A stretch of DNA of 62,669 nucleotides, the filler included, from Thelocarpon superellum (Eukaryota), in the NCBI GenBank assembly GCA_026025795.1. It is 2 parts of 2 records of this genome, joined end to end, with 100 filler letters (N's around TTAATTAATTAA, not from the genome) between each part and the next. Parts side by side here need not be neighbours in the genome. Positions count along the whole stretch, not along the records: positions 31,474 to 62,669 come from JAPEUG010000194.1; 1 more part is not named here. One strand, written 5' to 3'. Below are positions 58,963 through 62,669 of this stretch, piece after piece (positions within the stretch are counted from its first letter, which is position 1; the number at the start of each line of letters is the position of its first letter). The notes beneath the pieces are model-generated. The model saw nothing but the letters and a program-made list of their open reading frames with translations. It searched no databases and was not told where the DNA came from. The position numbers were made by a program, and so were the translations under genes.

Positions 58963-61008
58963 ATGCCGTGGACGCGTCAACCACCGCCGTTGCAGATCTT
59001 CCAGGATCCGGGCAGCTACTACGAACCGCCCGAATCGTACCAGCTTCCCCCGCACATCCAGCCCAATCCACTCCGACTCGTGAAAAACGCGACAAGCCGT
59101 CGTCGGAGCATCACCTTTCAACCGCCCGACATAAACACCAATGGTCAATCTCCCCGCAAGACCTCTCAGCCGACCTACCATCGTCCCGCCTACATGTCCC
59201 GTCACCACGACTCGATGGCGTCGATGGGTGAGGACAAGCACGGGCACGGCCAGGATTATTCGAACATGGTCAGCCTGCCCCCACCGGCCATGCCAACCTT
59301 CATCACCGACTCGCCCGTCAAGAAGCCATCCTTCTCGACCTTCCACACCAGTGGACCGCACAAGCCTCAAAAGGCTCTCTTCACCACCTTCCCCAGCGCA
59401 CGCATGATGGACAAAGAGAACGTGCACCCCACCACCCTCTACTCGGACCACTTTGCCGAGTTCCCGGATGCCATGTACGGACAGAAGGGACCGATGAAGC
59501 GCGCCCTGATCGAGGCGGCTCCACTCCGTGACCACGCCGCGGCCGCCCATCCGCACCCCCACAAGAAAGGCAAGGTCGATGAGCCCGCCGTCGTGCACGT
59601 GCCCGAGCCGGAGGATATGCCGCCGATTGAGGATGATGGGCTCAAGCCACCCTACAGCTACGCCACGCTCATCGGCATGTCCATCCTTCGCGCGCCGCAC
59701 CGCCGCTTGACCCTGGCGCAGATCTACAAGTGGATCTCGGACAACTTCTCCTACTACCGCGGCATCGAGACGGGCTGGCAGAACAGCATCCGCCATAACC
59801 TGAGCCTCAACAAAGCCTTTGTCAAACAGGAGCGGCCCAAGGATGACCCGGGCAAGGGAAACTACTGGGTCATCGAGTCCGGCATGGAGGCTCAATTCAT
59901 CAAGGACAAGCAGCTCCGACGGGCCGGAGGTGCTGCCGCCGCCGCCTCGATTTCTGCTCCCATGGCCACCACGGCGGCGCCCCCCATCAAGCAAGAGGCC
60001 ACCAAGGTTGTCTCGGCCGACAAAGTCATGCCCGTTTCCGTACCGGCCGCGGCCGCGGCCGCATCCCAGGTCGTGGCCGCCAAGGCCGTGGGTGCCAAGG
60101 TCGTCGTACCGGAACACGCCCGTGTGCCCGAAGGACTGGACGATCTCTCCTCAGATGCCACCTTGCCGGCCTCCGACATGGCCGGACCGAGTGAAGATGT
60201 CACTGAGGAAGCGCCCCCCTTCCGGCTCATGAACAACGTGACGCGTCCCGGGTCTCGTCACGCCATGGCCGAACAGGCTCGACGGCCCTCGTCCGCAATG
60301 GTGCACTCGTCGCCGCCGCATATGGACTCATCGCCGCCGTTGCTGCCGGTGGGAGACACGGCGACGTCGCCCATCCCGTGCTTTCCCCTGACCACCACGG
60401 AGACGCGCGCGCACAAGCGCCAGTCGGAAAGCATGGATGACAGCGGCTACTTCTCCACCCTCGGCTCCTCAAGCAAACGCCCCCGAGCCGTGGCAGCGCC
60501 AACCTCGGATACAGAGTCCGACAGCCACAAGGCCTTGCTGGGTCGTGCCGAGGAAGCCATCGCGCGCCTCCGTCGCTCGTCGAACCCGAGCCCCACGAAG
60601 ATTCGCGGGGCCGCCGGGTCTCTCGCTGCAGCGGTGCAGCTGGCGTCGTCGTCACCCACGCGTCCGATCGACACGGCGACGATGCTCCCCCCGCTCACGC
60701 CGGCCACCACCTTCAAGGTCCCCGAGGATCCGGCGCCCGAGCACTCGCCTCAGACCAGTCTCCTCCTGCATCGCAATGACGTGCAAAAGCTCGTCGATTC
60801 GCCTGCGCGTCGATTGAACCTCGATACCTACCTGCCGCTCACGGAGGATGAGGAGAACAAGTGCTTCAACGAGCTCTTCTCGTACTTCTCCGATCCCGTC
60901 ACCTTCGCAGACATCGATCGCTTCTTCCCGAGCCCGGACCGGTCGCCCGGCAAGCGTTTGCCGTCGGCCCCACGATCAGGCGAGGAGCCGTCGTTCAGCA
61001 TGCATTAA
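58963..61008 (+). CDS. Forkhead transcription factor (Sep1/Hcm1-like)
   Basis: KPPYSYATLIGMSILRAPHRRLTLAQIYKWISDNFSYY..WQNSIRHNLSLNKAFVKQERPKDDPGKGNYW. KEN box (DKENV), many S/T-P sites, no FHA domain. Confidence 0.93.
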   Translation: MPWTRQPPPLQIFQDPGSYYEPPESYQLPPHIQPNPLRLVKNATSRRRSITFQPPDINTNGQSPRKTSQPTYHRPAYMSRHHDSMASMGEDKHGHGQDYSNMVSLPPPAMPTFITDSPVKKPSFSTFHTSGPHKPQKALFTTFPSARMMDKENVHPTTLYSDHFAEFPDAMYGQKGPMKRALIEAAPLRDHAAAAHPHPHKKGKVDEPAVVHVPEPEDMPPIEDDGLKPPYSYATLIGMSILRAPHRRLTLAQIYKWISDNFSYYRGIETGWQNSIRHNLSLNKAFVKQERPKDDPGKGNYWVIESGMEAQFIKDKQLRRAGGAAAAASISAPMATTAAPPIKQEATKVVSADKVMPVSVPAAAAAASQVVAAKAVGAKVVVPEHARVPEGLDDLSSDATLPASDMAGPSEDVTEEAPPFRLMNNVTRPGSRHAMAEQARRPSSAMVHSSPPHMDSSPPLLPVGDTATSPIPCFPLTTTETRAHKRQSESMDDSGYFSTLGSSSKRPRAVAAPTSDTESDSHKALLGRAEEAIARLRRSSNPSPTKIRGAAGSLAAAVQLASSSPTRPIDTATMLPPLTPATTFKVPEDPAPEHSPQTSLLLHRNDVQKLVDSPARRLNLDTYLPLTEDEENKCFNELFSYFSDPVTFADIDRFFPSPDRSPGKRLPSAPRSGEEPSFSMH

Positions 61009-62581
61009 ACGGCCTCGTCCTTTTCCCGCGCTTCGATCTGCTACACGGCGTTGGAGATCTGGAGAGCATGGTTGGATTCATTCACCTGGCGCTCGGGGTT
61101 GGATTGCACGGATGGCTCGTCGCTCTGGGCGGTGTGGTTCGTGGCGGTGAAGCGAGCAGCATTTCTCCCAATGCGGTCGTCGGTCGTGATGGTGATCATT
61201 GGTGCGTCATGGCCGGTCGGTCCGCCGGGGCGTTGGGATGCGATGCGGCGTTCTTGGCCCGGACACGCGACATGTTCTGCGGCTGGTCATGGCATTGGTT
61301 TGGGCTGCTTGATGACGTACGAAACAGTTACGATGTCATGCCCCTCCTGTTCTCTCTTCCACTCATCTGTCCCTCCTCGCTTGGTCAGGTCTCCTGTGAC
61401 CGTCCTGGGGCGCAGGCTCGCACATGGCTGAGCGTGGAGTGAATCTCATGCGGCGGTCTCTGGTATGATTGTGTATGTGTTTGGGACTGCTGGTGGCGAT
61501 ATTTCTGTCTCTGGTGTCTCCCACTCTCACGTGTGTACTCCGTCGATGGCAGGCTCGCCAGTTCATCTCTTTCGGGCTGGTCGACGTCGAGGCCCTTCTG
61601 GCCCAGCCACTCACTGGTCCAGGTGTTCCATGATCCATTGGCGCCGCCAATGTGACGGCACGATAGTCCACAGGTATGACGTCTCACGTCCATTATGATA
61701 GAAAACAACACAAACATGGTCTATAAACTGAGGGGGCTGTGTACCGCTCCATGGTATACGTTTGGGGTGAACATGGAGAGGTGCATGACCAGAGACCTTC
61801 ATTCCTTGTGGTGATTCATGGGGAGGGCGACTCAGTACGTGGCAGGTAATGCGACATAATGTTAAGGCATTGGACAACGGGAATCTCAGCGATGACACAC
61901 ATGCAAATGGTAGGAAGTGAAGCCACGAAACCGGAGTCGCGAACGAGACTCGCCAGCCAATCGCGATTCTTCACATGTGCGAGGTACAGGAGGTTCTTCG
62001 CACATCATGCTGGACTTGCGCGTTGGGAGAAGCTCCTCCATCCATCCATTCATGCATCCGTGCCACAACTTCCGCCAAGACTCGCAGCAGAAACCACGCA
62101 CGCATGCACGTCCCGCTGAGCTCCCTTATGCCATTCTCCATTTCATTTTCATGTCTCGCTGCACACCTGCCGGATCCAAGGACGACCGAACGCCAACTCC
62201 AGGTCTAGAAGGTAGGCGTCCTTGCGTATCCTAATTTTACGCCTTCTCCTCATCCTCGCCGTGCTTTACCATACGCGTGCCATATCTGCTCTGCCTGCTT
62301 GTTCATCTCAGGTCAAAGATGGCATGTGCAGGACTCTCAGGCCCTGGATTTCCGTCAAGATGGTGCAACATGCTCTTGTTCCTGCCCTCGCATCGCCCGG
62401 CACTCTTGATGCTAATTAACTTGTCAATCCTGCCCTTTCCCTTCCTCGTCTCTCATCTTCTACCCACAGAATCGAGTCTTCCTGCTATCCGATCCTCAGT
62501 ACTTCTCTACTTTTGTGTTCCATTCAGCCCACAGGACGGTCATCATGAAGTTCCTCGGTCTTTCCGGCTTGGGTGTGCCCT

Positions 62582-62627
62582 CCCCCTACTCCCCCTCCTC
62601 CCCCTCCTCCCCCTCCTCCCCCTCCTC
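62582..62627. repeat. 9-bp pyrimidine tandem repeat (CCCCCTCCT)n
   Basis: About 5 copies read directly. Confidence 0.8.
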
Positions 62628-62669
62628 GGCACCTGATCAAACCCCACATTCAGGAACACCGCGATGAAG

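Noticed and set aside
62545..62669. Possible gene start MKFLGLSGL at the window end
   Set aside because: Runs into a pyrimidine repeat and a stop; no consistent splice could be built within the window.
1..62669. CRISPR array, transposon, rRNA/tRNA or secondary-metabolite cluster
   Set aside because: Eukaryotic sequence. No spacer-repeat array, transposase/RT motif, RNA gene signature or PKS/NRPS/terpene backbone seen.

Overview
Gene-dense, GC-rich genomic DNA from a filamentous ascomycete (Pezizomycotina), with short GT-AG introns and CTRAC branch points. About 28 protein-coding genes can be built by hand. Most are housekeeping: an ankyrin protein, GST-like protein, aldo-keto reductase, FAM192A/Fyv6-like protein, stomatin, U1-type zinc finger, MDR oxidoreductase, HIR1, a GT15 mannosyltransferase, JJJ1-like DnaJ, an MFS efflux pump, an F-box/YccV protein, ARG7 (cut by a gap), ORC2, SEC8, a DUF1770-like protein, a WHIM1-like protein, RPL2, CBF5, a Derlin, LYS9, KIN17, a 7-TM protein and a Sep1/Hcm1-like forkhead factor. 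There are also two secreted proteins and a few unassigned ORFs. An artificial 100-bp linker (N44-TTAATTAATTAA-N44, 31374-31473) splits the window, so the two halves may not be physically adjacent. The best non-obvious signal is a ~205-nt H/ACA snoRNA-like RNA inside the unusually long third intron of the Derlin gene. It has a guide pocket matching the LSU rRNA CAGGA-U-A-GCAGA site (yeast Psi966/snR43-like, from recall) and lies next to CBF5, the H/ACA pseudouridine synthase, and RPL2. I saw no transposon, tRNA, rRNA, CRISPR array or secondary-metabolite backbone gene. All family calls come from motif recognition, not database searches.
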